Positions 62,650 to 64,000 of a stretch of DNA of 64,000 bases are shown piece after piece. The DNA is from Adineta vaga (taxonomy: Eukaryota > Animalia > Rotifera): NCBI GenBank assembly GCA_021613535.1, contig CP075493.1:9920001-9984000 (forward strand). The letters are read 5' to 3'. The stretch's first letter is position 1; every line of letters starts with the position of its first letter. Both the position numbers and the translations under genes were made by a program. The notes below the pieces were generated by a model. The model had not been told where the DNA came from. It saw only the letters and a program-made list of their open reading frames with translations, and made no database searches.

Positions 62650-63258
62650 AAAAGCGTTTTTCTTTTATATCTTCGAAGAAATAAAGAAAAAAAATGGATC
62701 TCGAATTGATATATTATTTATTCATTTCTAATTCAATGTCATATTCAATAATAAACAAGATATTGATTATGTTAATTTTATTTGATATGAAAAGACTCTT
62801 GAGAAATCTTTTACATTCTTTGACAGATCATTGATCAATAAACATAATGTTAACAATTAGTTCTCTATTGAATGAAGAAGAAAAAAAACGATTTAATAGA
62901 TCAATACATTCTCTCCATGTAAAATTTTTATTTTATTTCAAAAAGAAGTATTAATAGACTATACAGATAAAAGTCTTTGAATTCTTCTTTATATGCGCGT
63001 TTTGACACGCGCGTTCGAGAGAAATTATTCAAAATGTATGGTTCGGTTAAACACACAAACTGAATTTGCTGTAACTCGTCGGAAAATATCGATTGTCTTT
63101 TTCTATTCTGTATCAAAGCAAAATAAATCGGTGATTAAATGTTCGAACGTGTATGTATATATATATATATATGTATGTATGTGTTTAAAAAGAAGATGAA
63201 GAACGAACAATTCTTCTAATGTCTATTCTACATGTTCGTTGATTATTTAATCATTCAT

Positions 63259-63764
63259 TCAAGAATTCACACGAATCGATGATGTTGGATTTCGAAGATA
63301 AACATAAGTACTTGATGATGATGGTTTATTCGATGATGTCGAAAGATTTGATTGAAATAGAGGTCGTTTAAAAATTGGATTATGATCATGACTGAATGTG
63401 GAACGTTTTGGTCGATTTAATTCATCTACAATTGAGATATGTATTGATGTTGAATGTGGTTGTTTGACTGTTGAAGATGAATGTGGAGTAAATAATCGAT
63501 TTAAATGTGTTGATGATGATATAGGAGAATTATTAAAGGTTGGAAGGCGATTTAATTTGAAAGACTTCGTTGATGTTGAAGAGATCTTATCAAATAATGA
63601 TGTTGTACTATCATTGGAAGTTTTATTTTCAATTTTAGTTGATTTCGATGAAATTAAATCATGTTCATCATCACAAATATGATTAAATAATTCCGATAAA
63701 ACAGAGAATGTTTTTTGACAACGATGACATTTACGTATTTGATTATTATCATTTGATAGATTTC
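63259..63764 (-). CDS. Terminal exon of a zinc-finger protein (rest lies upstream, partly or wholly outside the window)
   Basis: Acceptor TTTCTAG at 63765; KCHRCQKTFSVLSELFNHIC (C2HC/C2H2-like) followed by a Ser-rich tail. Confidence 0.6.
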
Positions 63765-64000
63765 CTAGAAAAAAGAAATCCAAAACAAACCTGTTATTGT
63801 TTTTGTATAAATATCCTTATGAAAATCATTCAATCGAAACGAGTAAATATAGAGAAGAGAAAACAAAATGAAAACGGTTTATTTTACTACTCATGATAGG
63901 TTCGCATATTTTTTAGGTAAATGTCATTGATAATAAATTAGTGAAGCAAGCATATATCTTATCTATTACTTACTCGATCTATTCTGTCTCTTTTTTTTTC

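Overview
This is AT-rich, gene-dense eukaryotic DNA with many ~45-65 nt GT-AG introns. The gene families (F-box/LRR-like repeat family, plant-like PLS PPR, an intron-containing bacterial-type CoA-transferase) suggest a bdelloid rotifer, but that assignment is inference. About 27 intact genes are visible, including ACE-like, RASEF-like, DEG/ENaC, TRAF, two EF-hand paralogs, a CENP-B-type HTH factor, MFSD14, TFCP2-like, two ABHD12-like, NT5C3, Salvador-like, RPL35-like, XPO4, PCMT, SUCLG1, a RING/B-box protein, cathepsin L and a GPCR. Two structures stand out. (1) At 38.5-52.3 kb, eight genes fan out from one ~186-bp bidirectional spacer as two head-to-tail arrays (5 minus, 3 plus). Stop-to-start gaps are only 81-143 nt, and each downstream gene has an apparently unpaired YAG|AT acceptor 4-9 nt before its ATG. 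This is the signature expected of SL-trans-spliced eukaryotic operons. (2) At 11.2-19.6 kb, an ~8.4 kb mosaic of unrelated gene fragments sits inside a DEG/ENaC gene, bracketed by a 1075-bp direct duplication, which looks like a templated multi-fragment repair insertion. Other notable items are a PIMT with a signal-peptide-like extension, a WW-less Salvador-like protein, micro-exons encoding conserved motifs, and a Gln-rich EF-hand protein with a single Lys. All exon structures and counts were done by eye; no database searches were run.
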